Below are positions 27,819 through 36,992 of a DNA stretch of 64,000 nucleotides, piece by piece (the stretch's first letter is position 1; each line of letters starts with the position of its first letter). Under the pieces are notes generated by a model. That model was not told the DNA's origin and did no database searches. It saw only the letters and a list, made by a program, of their open reading frames with translations. This stretch comes from Cyanobacteria bacterium auto_48_18 (GTDB taxonomy: Bacteria; Cyanobacteriota; Vampirovibrionia; Obscuribacterales; Obscuribacteraceae), in assembly GCA_036170915.1 (NCBI GenBank), contig JAVHQC010000035.1, forward strand, positions 96,001 through 160,000, in the 5' to 3' direction. Made by a program: the position numbers and the translations under genes.

Positions 27819-29783
27819 TCAAGTACTGCTATTGATCACGCGTGCCACTATTTCGTCTACGATTTTGCTGTCTACTTGCCGCCGACAATAAGCAAGGTAG
27901 GCTTCCATCCAGCGGCGCAATTCTAAAAGCACTGCTGAAACCGGCACACCATCACGTTTCATCTGAGCAAGATTAACTGATATACGACCTTCATGGTCTA
28001 CGTGAAAACGAGATTTTGCCGGCGAGTCGCCATGCACATAGTGCAAAGATGCTTGCAAGAGCGCCTTATTGTCTTCGCGACCGACTAGCTCTTGCATCTC
28101 AGCGCCGATTTTCTGCAAAACAATGAGCGGACGAAAGAGACTGGCCTGTTGAATATTAGCCAACTTCAGCTCAGTGAGCATATACAACGATTTGACAATT
28201 TTATGAGTGGGCCAGTTATCGAAAGCCTTAATTACTTCGTCGATGGTAGACAAACCGTCTATAAGAGAAGCCAGCTCAGCAATCATTGAGCGGTCTTCAC
28301 GACTCAATACAGTCTCGTCCATCAAGCGTATAGGCGCACCGTTATACTGCTGCCAGACCATCTCGAAATTCCAGACTCTCTCTAAAATCGAATCTCGCCC
28401 CTGGGGCAGACTGGCAAAAATTTGATTGACTTGATCTTGGCAGAGTGCCGAGTCTAAGAGCAAGCGCTCTAGTGTCTGAGTAATTTTGCAATTTTCATCA
28501 AATTCTTGAGACAGTCCTTTGTCTCGAAAAACAAAAATGCCCTCGCTCCAGACTGTAATAAATTCGACCATGGCGTGATAGCCGCGCAACTTATTCATTT
28601 TGGCGTGAGTGGGTTTGCCGTCCACAAAAGCGACAATCAATATTTTTTCGCGATCTTCTACGGTGAGCAAACCGGTTTTCTTGGCCGTTCCCAGTGACTG
28701 TAAAAGGCCAGCCGTATCAATAGCACCGAGGCTTCCGATCATAGAATCGCGCATAGTTTCAATATTGACTGTACGCGAGACGCCTGGCAGTTCGTCTTCG
28801 GTGCGCCTGTGATAGCCACCATAAAGATATTGATCGTCAAGCAAAACTTCTAGCTCACGAGTGTTCAAATAACCGGCACGCACGGCCAGAAGACCAAGGA
28901 AAGTGCGTTGCTGTTTGCCCCAACCTTCTTCTTGTTGCCGCTCAAGAAGCTCGCGTAACTGCGTTTCAGTGAGAATGCCGCAGGCCACCATATAGCGCCC
29001 AAGGCGGAAGGGCTTGCGATTATGATAACAATTTGACAAAAATTGAATGCGCGAAAATACAGGAAAAATTAAACGTGCCGCTTCCAGCTCTTGCAATATT
29101 CGCAAAGCTTCATCAGAAGGCAGTTGATGGTGCGATTCTACATTGCGCACAATCGACTCAACTGAAGCATAATCTTCTACCATCTGCATCACCCAGTTTT
29201 GCGGCGCAGGCAGGGTAAAGTCACCCTTTACTTGCTTACCGTCTGAGGTCAAAACAGGAATTGAAGTTGAGAGAATGTGATTGGCCAGAGTGCTGCCACC
29301 ACCTTTGAGGCGGCGGCGATCGATACCACTAACAGTGGCACAGGCATAGTCAGCCAGCAGCGGGTAGCGAGTGAAAATACCAAAGGGACTGTCGTAAATA
29401 TTGAACGTCAGACCACCAGCAGGATCGTCTTTCGTTAGAGTAATAGCGCCGTCGCCCTTTACAAAAAGCAGCACTCCTTGCGGGTTAAGGAGCTTCTTCG
29501 CGTACATAGCAAATTTAACTAAAGCATCTAAAGGCAGCGAAAAACCAGTCTGCATCAGATCAATGATCAGGCCATCTAAACTTTTACCGGTCTCCACCAA
29601 TTTGTCTAGTTGACTATATAGATTTTCGCGATAAGAAAATGTCAAAAAGGCCAGGGAAGAATTGAGATAATTTTCAGTTGCTTCTTTTTCGCTATTTGAC
29701 GGTCCAGAAGATCCAGATGATCCGGGCGACCCGGACGAACCAGATGCAGCCTGTGGAGCATCGTTAGGAGAGAAGTCAGCCAT
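27819..29783 (-). CDS. DUF4388 domain protein with MshEN c-di-GMP-binding motif and STAS-like N-terminus
   Basis: RLGRYMVACGILTETQLRELLERQ...FLGLLAVRAGYLNTRELEVLLDDQ; DUF4388 GSLGAIDTAGLLQSL..AKKTGLLTV...F.DGKP.HA...WSEGIFVF. Confidence 0.8.
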   Translation of the reverse strand: MADFSPNDAPQAASGSSGSPGSSGSSGPSNSEKEATENYLNSSLAFLTFSYRENLYSQLDKLVETGKSLDGLIIDLMQTGFSLPLDALVKFAMYAKKLLNPQGVLLFVKGDGAITLTKDDPAGGLTFNIYDSPFGIFTRYPLLADYACATVSGIDRRRLKGGGSTLANHILSTSIPVLTSDGKQVKGDFTLPAPQNWVMQMVEDYASVESIVRNVESHHQLPSDEALRILQELEAARLIFPVFSRIQFLSNCYHNRKPFRLGRYMVACGILTETQLRELLERQQEEGWGKQQRTFLGLLAVRAGYLNTRELEVLLDDQYLYGGYHRRTEDELPGVSRTVNIETMRDSMIGSLGAIDTAGLLQSLGTAKKTGLLTVEDREKILIVAFVDGKPTHAKMNKLRGYHAMVEFITVWSEGIFVFRDKGLSQEFDENCKITQTLERLLLDSALCQDQVNQIFASLPQGRDSILERVWNFEMVWQQYNGAPIRLMDETVLSREDRSMIAELASLIDGLSTIDEVIKAFDNWPTHKIVKSLYMLTELKLANIQQASLFRPLIVLQKIGAEMQELVGREDNKALLQASLHYVHGDSPAKSRFHVDHEGRISVNLAQMKRDGVPVSAVLLELRRWMEAYLAYCRRQVDSKIVDEIVARVINSST

Positions 29784-29787
29784 AGCC

Positions 29788-31248
29788 TCAATTCTTGCGA
29801 ACAGCAGGAGATGTTGCAGCGGGTTTATCAGCGCCCGAATTTGTACCGCCAGTGGTGGCGCTTGAATTTACGCTCGAAGTAGCAGCGCCGCCTGGCAGCA
29901 CCATGGTGCCGCTCAATTTCTGCGCAATAGCATCTGAAGGGGCTACAAACAGGGCTTTAATCGCCAGTTGACCTCGACGTGGTCCGGGTTGGGTAATGCG
30001 ACCGACTTCTATAATCAAATCGTTTTTAGCCGAGGTAACGAGACGATAACGCGCTGCACCACCCTGAGAAGACATGGCCACAAGGCGCATGGGTGGGCTG
30101 ACTCTACCGAATAAACCAAGATATTTTGGAATCGAAACTAACTTACTATCCACAAGCCATGACTTAGCGATGTCTGGTCGGCTGTTAACTACAGCCTGGC
30201 AAAAGCTCAATGCAATAGATTGTGGTGCGTCGTCAGCGGCATGGCCAGCTAAAGTATATTTGCCGCCAATAAATTTGAGAATGACTTTGTAACCCGCAGT
30301 GCTGGCCGCAGCAACTGGTTTCGAAATTGTATCTTTGACCAGACCAGGAATTTTATCTTCGTCTCGCTTCTCTACTCGAGCTGGCGCTGGTGGCTGAATA
30401 GTGAGGACAATGTCATTTCCGGAAAAAGCTGCTTTTCCAGTGACGTTTTGGGTGAAGAACGCCGGCAGAGCACTAAAAAGTTCCGGTGCTTCAGGAATTC
30501 CCTCAACAAGCTGGAAGCCCTTAAACCATAATGCTGCAGTGGTGCGATCTGCACCAATCAAAACCAGTGACTTTGGCCCACTAGCGCTAACTGCAGGATG
30601 GACTACTTTGGTAACCTTAGTAATACTGCTTTTGCCTTTTTTGACCACCACCACTTTTGCTGGTGCGTGGGCAACACCACCAACTATGTGGGCATCACGG
30701 AAAGATACATTCTGAGGTAATGGAATAGCAGTAGTGCGTGCTGGTGTCTGAAAAATTACGGCATGACTTTCTCTTATTGACGGGAAACTCCACACTCTAA
30801 AATTACCGATTCCGGTTTCACTGACTTTGACTTTGAATTCGCCCAGTGAGGGGTTAGCTGCCACTACGTGGGCCGGCTCTGCGGATACATACTGGGGCAA
30901 AGCCAACAAATCACGCAGGTAAGTGGCGTAGCGGCTCCACGACAATTCGTCAGGATTACTGCGATAGTCCTCAGCCAGAGGAACCAGGTTGGCCGCCACC
31001 AGTGAAACGGCAGGTGCTGTGGCATTCTCTTTTGTGCTTGCAGAAGTGCTTGCATTTGCGGGAGCACTGGCAGCTGCTGTTTTTGCAGCCGCTTTAACAG
31101 CTGATTTCATCGCTGGTTTTGACGCAGGCGACTTAGCCGCCGGTTTATGTGCGCTGCGCTCAATTGCCAGACTGGCGGGAACCGAAATATAGGTTGCAGC
31201 CAGAGACAGCGACAAAAGTGAACTTGCAAGTTTTTTCGAATTTGTCAT
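29788..31248 (-). CDS. Hypothetical exported protein with Ala/Lys/Pro-rich linker
   Basis: Signal-peptide-like MTNSKKLASSLLSLSLAAT...ASLA from ATG 31248; the track start 31377 is probably too long. Confidence 0.65.
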   Translation of the reverse strand: MTNSKKLASSLLSLSLAATYISVPASLAIERSAHKPAAKSPASKPAMKSAVKAAAKTAAASAPANASTSASTKENATAPAVSLVAANLVPLAEDYRSNPDELSWSRYATYLRDLLALPQYVSAEPAHVVAANPSLGEFKVKVSETGIGNFRVWSFPSIRESHAVIFQTPARTTAIPLPQNVSFRDAHIVGGVAHAPAKVVVVKKGKSSITKVTKVVHPAVSASGPKSLVLIGADRTTAALWFKGFQLVEGIPEAPELFSALPAFFTQNVTGKAAFSGNDIVLTIQPPAPARVEKRDEDKIPGLVKDTISKPVAAASTAGYKVILKFIGGKYTLAGHAADDAPQSIALSFCQAVVNSRPDIAKSWLVDSKLVSIPKYLGLFGRVSPPMRLVAMSSQGGAARYRLVTSAKNDLIIEVGRITQPGPRRGQLAIKALFVAPSDAIAQKLSGTMVLPGGAATSSVNSSATTGGTNSGADKPAATSPAVRKN

Positions 31249-31481
31249 TAATTTGCCGGTGAGTGAGTAACAAGCGCTAATTCCTGCAAATTTTAACCGC
31301 TTGACCTCGAGCCGCGCGTAAGTAAGCTCTAACGCGACAGACCAGCAAGAGTGGAGAAAGATAAATCTTTTGCACAATCGTCAAAATCGAGGTGGAAATC
31401 GTGGGGATCCTCCCATGATTGCCATGGACAAGCGCTCCGGCCGGTTGTAGATTGAAAGGACGCCTCTCAAGGACCCAGCGA

Positions 31482-33725
31482 ATGTCACCCCTCGATTTCA
31501 GATCTTCCGAACCTTTAGACCAGGCAGCCAACAGCAACCTGGCTGGCGGCGGCGATTCTATTGCCCGTGAAGTGCAAAATCAATTCTCTGGCCTGGCTTC
31601 CGCTGGTAAAGATGCTGCTATGGCGGCAATTCCAGGTGGCGCCGAGTCTGGGCTAGGTGCAATTGGTGCTGCCGGCGAACAAGCCGTTTCACCTTTGATT
31701 AATATGATTACAAAGATGCCAGGTCACATCGGTTTGATGAGCAGCTTCTTTGAAATGTTGGGGGCATTCTTCAGCCCTCAGCTTGAAGCCCTTGGCCAGT
31801 TCGGCATGTCGCTTGGTCTCGATGGTTCCCTGTTGCAAGATCTTGGCGGCGACACTATTTCGACGTTGACTTCGATGACATCTGAACACTTTGCTCTCAA
31901 TCTTGGACTACTTCCAGGCAACGCACCTATATTTGGTAACCTGGGCGGCCTCCACGGCAGCTTCAATTCTGATTTACTTTCCAGCAAACTCAATGCCTCT
32001 CTGGGCAGCTCCAACCAGCTTTTCAGCCAAGATGCTTTCAGCCGTAGTTCATTCAATGTGAGCGGCTCAGGAAGCATGGCTAAGTCTGCCTTTGAAGGTG
32101 CTGGTCATTTGTCTGGGCCTGGTATGTCAAATGGCATTCCTCAAGGCCAGATTGCCGGCAACAATCGCTTGTTCAGCGACAGCCTCGGTGGCGGCCAGAG
32201 CTTGAACTCGCAGACTATGGCCCAGTCAGTGCCTATTCAATCGACTATTCAGACACCACTTCAAACAGCTAACGCCTCTTCGCTCAATGTCAGCGGATCA
32301 ACATTTGGCGAACCCATTAATAATGACTTGCTCGCCATGGGCAACACCAACGACTCCTTCCAGTCTACTGTTGGCAGCATGAAGCACGATCTGGGAGCAG
32401 GTCAAATCAAGGGTGGAGCAGAAAATCTTGGTGGACTGAAAGCTAAATCACTCAGTCTAGACGGGCACAACGGTGACCTCAAAGCAGACAGTCTGGGCGA
32501 CAAGCATGCATTACCCAAGCATGATGTCAGCCACAAAGTAGAAGCAAAAACCGAAATGGCAAAGGCCGATCACAAGGTTGATGCCAAACATGAAACCGCT
32601 CGTACTCACAAAACATTCGACCGTGTTTCTCATTCAGTCAAGCCGAGCCATCAAAATGTGCAAGCAGCTAAGCCAGCAACGGCCACTACTGCCAGTCACG
32701 CTGCCGCTAAATCAGCAGCCCCAGCTCAGATTGAAACACAACAAGCTGAAGTTGCCGGCCAGCCAGAGCAGCCATTGAGTGAACAACAGCAATTTGAACA
32801 GCAACAAATGCAACAGCAACAAGTTGCCCAGAATGGCGACGTCAATCAAGCGCAACCAGAAGGCGGCGATGCTCAAACCGCGCCTGTGGAGCCACGCAGC
32901 TACACCATTCGTTCAGGCGACAACCTGTGGAATATCGCCAAAGACAATCTCGGTAATGCCAGCAAATGGTCAGATATTTATAAAATGAATTCTGATGTGC
33001 TTGGCGCTAATCCTGATTTGATCAGACCAGGTACCACCATTCAGTTGCCTGGCGCTGACGCAGCCGCCTCCGCTTCAACCAATGTTGCCCATTACACTGT
33101 GCAGCCTGGTGACAATCTCTGGGATATTGCCCACGAGCAACTGGGCGACGCCACCAAATGGGGTGATATCTACAAAGCCAATAGTGAAATTATTGGTTCT
33201 AATCCATCCATGATTCATCCTGGCCAAGAGCTCTCATTGGGTGGCACTGCCGATCCGTCAATGCAGCTTTCGAGCGCCGCTCAACCAGCTCCAACTCTGG
33301 CATCCGCCGACCCAGGCGCTGCTGCCGGCACAACTAATGTAAACATCAACCCTTCGGGCGCTGAGGCTCAAGCTCAAGTTGCTCAATCACCAACCGATTC
33401 TTACGGTGCCGAAGCCGGCATGCCAGATCAGGCCATGCCTGGTGAGACACTGCAAGCACAGCAACCACAGATGCAAACACAGTCTGGATACAACACTGGC
33501 GCCACCACTTCATCTACTTCGTACAGCAATTATGATGCCATTCGCTCAAACCATCAGTTGCCTGATCCTGCCAGCTTAGGCGAGAAGGTCATTCCTGCTA
33601 AGGCTCAACCTGACGCAATTATTCAGCCGGCTCAAGCTGCCACTCAAAATATGTTCGCCACAAAGCCTGTGGTTAACACTAACCTGGCCAATGACATGCT
33701 TAGCTTCTTAAAGAAACGCCGTTAA
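31482..33725 (+). CDS. Large low-complexity protein with two LysM domains
   Basis: YTIRSGDNLWNIAK...WSDIYKMN...NPDLIRPG and YTVQPGDNLWDIAH...WGDIYKAN...NPSMIHPG; AAGGA SD before ATG 31482. Confidence 0.85.
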   Translation: MSPLDFRSSEPLDQAANSNLAGGGDSIAREVQNQFSGLASAGKDAAMAAIPGGAESGLGAIGAAGEQAVSPLINMITKMPGHIGLMSSFFEMLGAFFSPQLEALGQFGMSLGLDGSLLQDLGGDTISTLTSMTSEHFALNLGLLPGNAPIFGNLGGLHGSFNSDLLSSKLNASLGSSNQLFSQDAFSRSSFNVSGSGSMAKSAFEGAGHLSGPGMSNGIPQGQIAGNNRLFSDSLGGGQSLNSQTMAQSVPIQSTIQTPLQTANASSLNVSGSTFGEPINNDLLAMGNTNDSFQSTVGSMKHDLGAGQIKGGAENLGGLKAKSLSLDGHNGDLKADSLGDKHALPKHDVSHKVEAKTEMAKADHKVDAKHETARTHKTFDRVSHSVKPSHQNVQAAKPATATTASHAAAKSAAPAQIETQQAEVAGQPEQPLSEQQQFEQQQMQQQQVAQNGDVNQAQPEGGDAQTAPVEPRSYTIRSGDNLWNIAKDNLGNASKWSDIYKMNSDVLGANPDLIRPGTTIQLPGADAAASASTNVAHYTVQPGDNLWDIAHEQLGDATKWGDIYKANSEIIGSNPSMIHPGQELSLGGTADPSMQLSSAAQPAPTLASADPGAAAGTTNVNINPSGAEAQAQVAQSPTDSYGAEAGMPDQAMPGETLQAQQPQMQTQSGYNTGATTSSTSYSNYDAIRSNHQLPDPASLGEKVIPAKAQPDAIIQPAQAATQNMFATKPVVNTNLANDMLSFLKKRR

Positions 33726-34830
33726 TCAATCTGGCTGCGGCAGTAACGCTTGTGATATCGGCCTGATTACCCTGGCAAAAAGGTTGCTTGGCAGTGCAAA
33801 ATACTGCGCTGAATAGTTTTTCTTGATCACTTTGCGAAAGTGTAGTCACGGCCGGTAACGCCACCACGGCTTTGCCTGCCGCCTTGGCTAATTGCAGGAG
33901 CTCACCCACGGCTTTACCGCTCAAAGACTGGTTATCCAGGCAACCTTCAGCCACCACAACCATGTCACACCAGTTCAATTTTTCAGTCAAATTTATTCTT
34001 TCGGCGAGCCAGTGAAAACCTGATACAAAGCTCGCTGAAAGTGCCGTTGCCAGGCCAAAACCGGCTCCACCAGCGGCGCCCGCTCCTGGGGCGTCACGCA
34101 ATGAAAATCGCTTATTGGCGGCGGTAGCGGCATCGAGCATGTCGGCAAAGTGAGCTAAGCCTTGCTCAAGCAATAACACCTGTTGGGGGGTGGCACCTTT
34201 TTGCGGTGCAAAAACAGCAGCAGCCCCGCTTGCACCTAAAAGCGGACTGACCACATCAGTGGCTATAACAAAGCTCACTGCTGCAGTTTTCTCTTTCAAA
34301 ACAGCCAGATCGATATACTCAATATCAGTCAAGCTACCGCCACCAAATATAGTGCTTTGACCCTGCGAATTTAGAAATTTGGCACCAAGCGCCACCAGTA
34401 TGGCAGTGCCACCATCAGTAGAGGCACTACCACCAAGAGTAATGACAATTTTTCGAGCTCCGCTTTCAATGGCGTGAGCAATTAATTCACCGGTACCGTA
34501 TGTATGAGCAGTCAGTGGTGCAAGTTCATCAGTTTGAAGATGGGCTATTCCACTGGCCTGGGCCAGTTCGATGCAGGCTGTATCTTTCAATAACAGATAT
34601 GCGGCTTTCAAAGGCTTGGAAGTGGGGCCTGAAACTGTTTGATAAACCAGCTCTCCACCAGCTGCTAGTTGCAAACAAGCAAGAGTGTCATCGCCACCAT
34701 CAGCCACGGGAGCAAGCTCAATCTGATTGAGACCTGGAGTCTGCCCATTGATTCCCACCTCAATGGCCGTGGCCAGGGTGGAGGCGGCAATGGTGCCCTT
34801 GTAGGCGCAGGGCGCTATCAATATTTTCAT
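33700..34830 (-). CDS. Glycerate kinase (GlxK/GarK family)
   Basis: MKILIAPCAYKGT, PVADGGDDT, ELAQASG, TYGTGELI, LGGSASTDGG, PQKGA, GAGAAGG. Start moved to 34830. Confidence 0.92.
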   Translation of the reverse strand: MKILIAPCAYKGTIAASTLATAIEVGINGQTPGLNQIELAPVADGGDDTLACLQLAAGGELVYQTVSGPTSKPLKAAYLLLKDTACIELAQASGIAHLQTDELAPLTAHTYGTGELIAHAIESGARKIVITLGGSASTDGGTAILVALGAKFLNSQGQSTIFGGGSLTDIEYIDLAVLKEKTAAVSFVIATDVVSPLLGASGAAAVFAPQKGATPQQVLLLEQGLAHFADMLDAATAANKRFSLRDAPGAGAAGGAGFGLATALSASFVSGFHWLAERINLTEKLNWCDMVVVAEGCLDNQSLSGKAVGELLQLAKAAGKAVVALPAVTTLSQSDQEKLFSAVFCTAKQPFCQGNQADITSVTAAARLINGVSLRS

Positions 34831-34920
34831 AGCATCCTTAATCTTGGGTTTTGATAGTTTATCCGACACTAGCTGGTGGCAAGTTATAGATAGCGAAAGT
34901 TTTTGAATGGAGTTTTTAAA

Positions 34921-35379
34921 ATGCCAAGACGTGAAGAAGTGAAAAATCTTTTGACTAATATGCAATCAGCCATCGGACCAGATTCGCTGCATCGCAGATT
35001 AGATCTGGCACCTTATAAAGTTGCACGTGCCTGGCCAGGAAAACCATATTTACTCATAGGTAATTCTTATAATGCCGAAAAAGCAGTGCGTGGCAGGTCT
35101 AAAAAAAGAACCGCTGCGATAAGTGCATTACTAGCTCAAGCCGGGGCACGCAATTGCGTCAAAATAGGCGATGCCCTGAAAAACGAAGACTTCGTCAATA
35201 CTTTGAGTCGCTTTGAACATGACTGGCTGAAAAGAGAGCATGCTTCTACATTAATTGGGCCAGCTTATGATGATCAAGGCAATATTCTGCCTCAAAGCTT
35301 TGCTGTCTGGCGCAGACTTTATGCGGCTAAGCCCACAGATTCGAATAAAACCTTAGTTCTGGCGGCCTTGCCGAGCTGA
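34921..35379 (+). CDS. Hypothetical protein
   Basis: GGAG SD before ATG 34921; ends just before palindromic terminator-like elements. Confidence 0.55.
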   Translation: MPRREEVKNLLTNMQSAIGPDSLHRRLDLAPYKVARAWPGKPYLLIGNSYNAEKAVRGRSKKRTAAISALLAQAGARNCVKIGDALKNEDFVNTLSRFEHDWLKREHASTLIGPAYDDQGNILPQSFAVWRRLYAAKPTDSNKTLVLAALPS

Positions 35380-35380
35380 A

Positions 35381-35435
35381 AAAAACTGAGTTCGAACTTA
35401 GTTTTTCAGAAAAATACCTCCGGAGGTATATTTTC
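35381..35435. terminator. Two adjacent palindromes between convergent genes (probable bidirectional terminator region)
   Basis: AAAAACTGAGTTCGAACTTAGTTTTT (35381-35406) and perfect ATACCTCCGGAGGTAT (35414-35429), both flanked by A/T runs. Confidence 0.6.
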
Positions 35436-35438
35436 TAA

Positions 35439-35915
35439 CTAGTGCATCCCCTGCTCACCCGCCCGTGGTTGCTCAATTTTATCCACTCGGCGAGCATGGC
35501 GGCCGCCTTCAAAATCGGTAGTCAGCCAGGCTGCGATAATGGCCTGTGCCTGCTCGCTATTCGTAGTGCGGCCGGCCAAACAGAGAACATTGGCATTATT
35601 ATGCTGTCTGGAAAGTTTGGCTGTTTCCACATCACCTATCAAAGCCGCTCTCACTCTGCGTACTTTGTTGGCGACAATTGATACTCCCACTCCAGACCCG
35701 CAAACGAGAATGCCTTTCTCACATGTACCGTGAGATACAGCATCGGCCACTTTACGAGCATAGTCAGGATAATCGCAAGAATCGAGCGAAAAGGTACCAA
35801 AGTCTTCTACTGCAAGACCCTGCTCGGCAAGCATCTTCTTAATCGCTTCTTTCAATTCAAAGCCGGCATGATCGCTACCAAGAGCGATTGCTGTTGAATT
35901 ACTTTCTGAATTCAA
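35439..35915 (-). CDS. rpiB: Ribose-5-phosphate isomerase B
   Basis: GSDHAGFELK, DYPD, CGSGVG, ANKV, HNNANVL, FEGGRHARR. Confidence 0.95.
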   Translation of the reverse strand: MNSESNSTAIALGSDHAGFELKEAIKKMLAEQGLAVEDFGTFSLDSCDYPDYARKVADAVSHGTCEKGILVCGSGVGVSIVANKVRRVRAALIGDVETAKLSRQHNNANVLCLAGRTTNSEQAQAIIAAWLTTDFEGGRHARRVDKIEQPRAGEQGMH

Positions 35916-35985
35916 AATTTAGTCCTTTATAACGGCTTTATAGTGGTTTACTAAAAGCACCATTTATGGTGGCAGAATCTTTTTT

Positions 35986-36837
35986 TCAAGAATAAACCGG
36001 CAGGCGTTTATAACTTATCTGGCCAACGTTATTAGGCGCCTCAAAAGTATCTGCCGTTTCCACCATTTCTTTGATGCGATCGACTCTGAATAAAAGCATC
36101 TCACTGCGTTCGTGGCAGTAGGCCACCATGCGCCAGTTACCCTGCTCTTTTATCATAATCAACGGATTAAGCGTAACAGTGTCTACTGATTCACGCAAGA
36201 AGCTGTAGTACTGCACTCGTACACTCAGATGATTGATCATCGCTTTTTCCAGCACCGGCAGAGTTTTGTCGGTGGCATACATGGGAAATTCAATCTGAGC
36301 ATAATGGGCTGCGTCTAATTCAAGACTTCTGGCAAAATGGTCTTTCTGAGCGCCCTGGCTGTCCATTTTGGGAAAGTCGAGGGGCAGCTTGTCATAATCG
36401 ATATTGATGTCATCCATCATATTGTGGTCGTCTTCTGTAATAGAACGCCGCAAAGCCTGCAAATCTTCTTCGTTATAAGAATCAAGGAACGAATCGGTAT
36501 CTTGCATATTTAAGGCCAGTGCATCGGAGACGTAAGAGTAATCGTCTTCCATTTCCCCTTCACCCAGCACCGAATCAACAATGGCATCTGCCAGCTCATT
36601 GGAGAGGTGCGAAACCTCGATGGAGACCATGGCGCTCAACTTGCCGATAATCTCTTTGATTAACTCATCGCGCTCTTGAGCGTGAATAGTAACGCCGGCC
36701 ACAAGCTTGTCCAGTAATCTGGCACTGGTAAGAAGAAGTAAGCCTTCTTCTTTAGTAAATTCAAGAGTGAACTTTTCGTTCAGTTCATTGTCTTTGAATT
36801 TGTCTCGACCGTTGTTATTTTCTGCCCTGTCGTGCAT
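35986..36837 (-). CDS. WYL domain protein with acidic N-terminal region
   Basis: C-terminal V.VQYYS...TLNPL...GNWRMVAYCHERSEMLLFRVDRI. Confidence 0.8.
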   Translation of the reverse strand: MHDRAENNNGRDKFKDNELNEKFTLEFTKEEGLLLLTSARLLDKLVAGVTIHAQERDELIKEIIGKLSAMVSIEVSHLSNELADAIVDSVLGEGEMEDDYSYVSDALALNMQDTDSFLDSYNEEDLQALRRSITEDDHNMMDDINIDYDKLPLDFPKMDSQGAQKDHFARSLELDAAHYAQIEFPMYATDKTLPVLEKAMINHLSVRVQYYSFLRESVDTVTLNPLIMIKEQGNWRMVAYCHERSEMLLFRVDRIKEMVETADTFEAPNNVGQISYKRLPVYS

Positions 36838-36992
36838 TTAATTGCCCTGCATGCCACATCAAACTAATCTTGTTGGTCATTGAAAATCAAAACAGATAAA
36901 CTCGAGCCATAGCTCTAGCCTAGCACTGCTTGTCAAGGGCGGGAAGACCTCAACCCAAAAAGGTCAATTAATTGGGTCTGGCGACCTATAAA

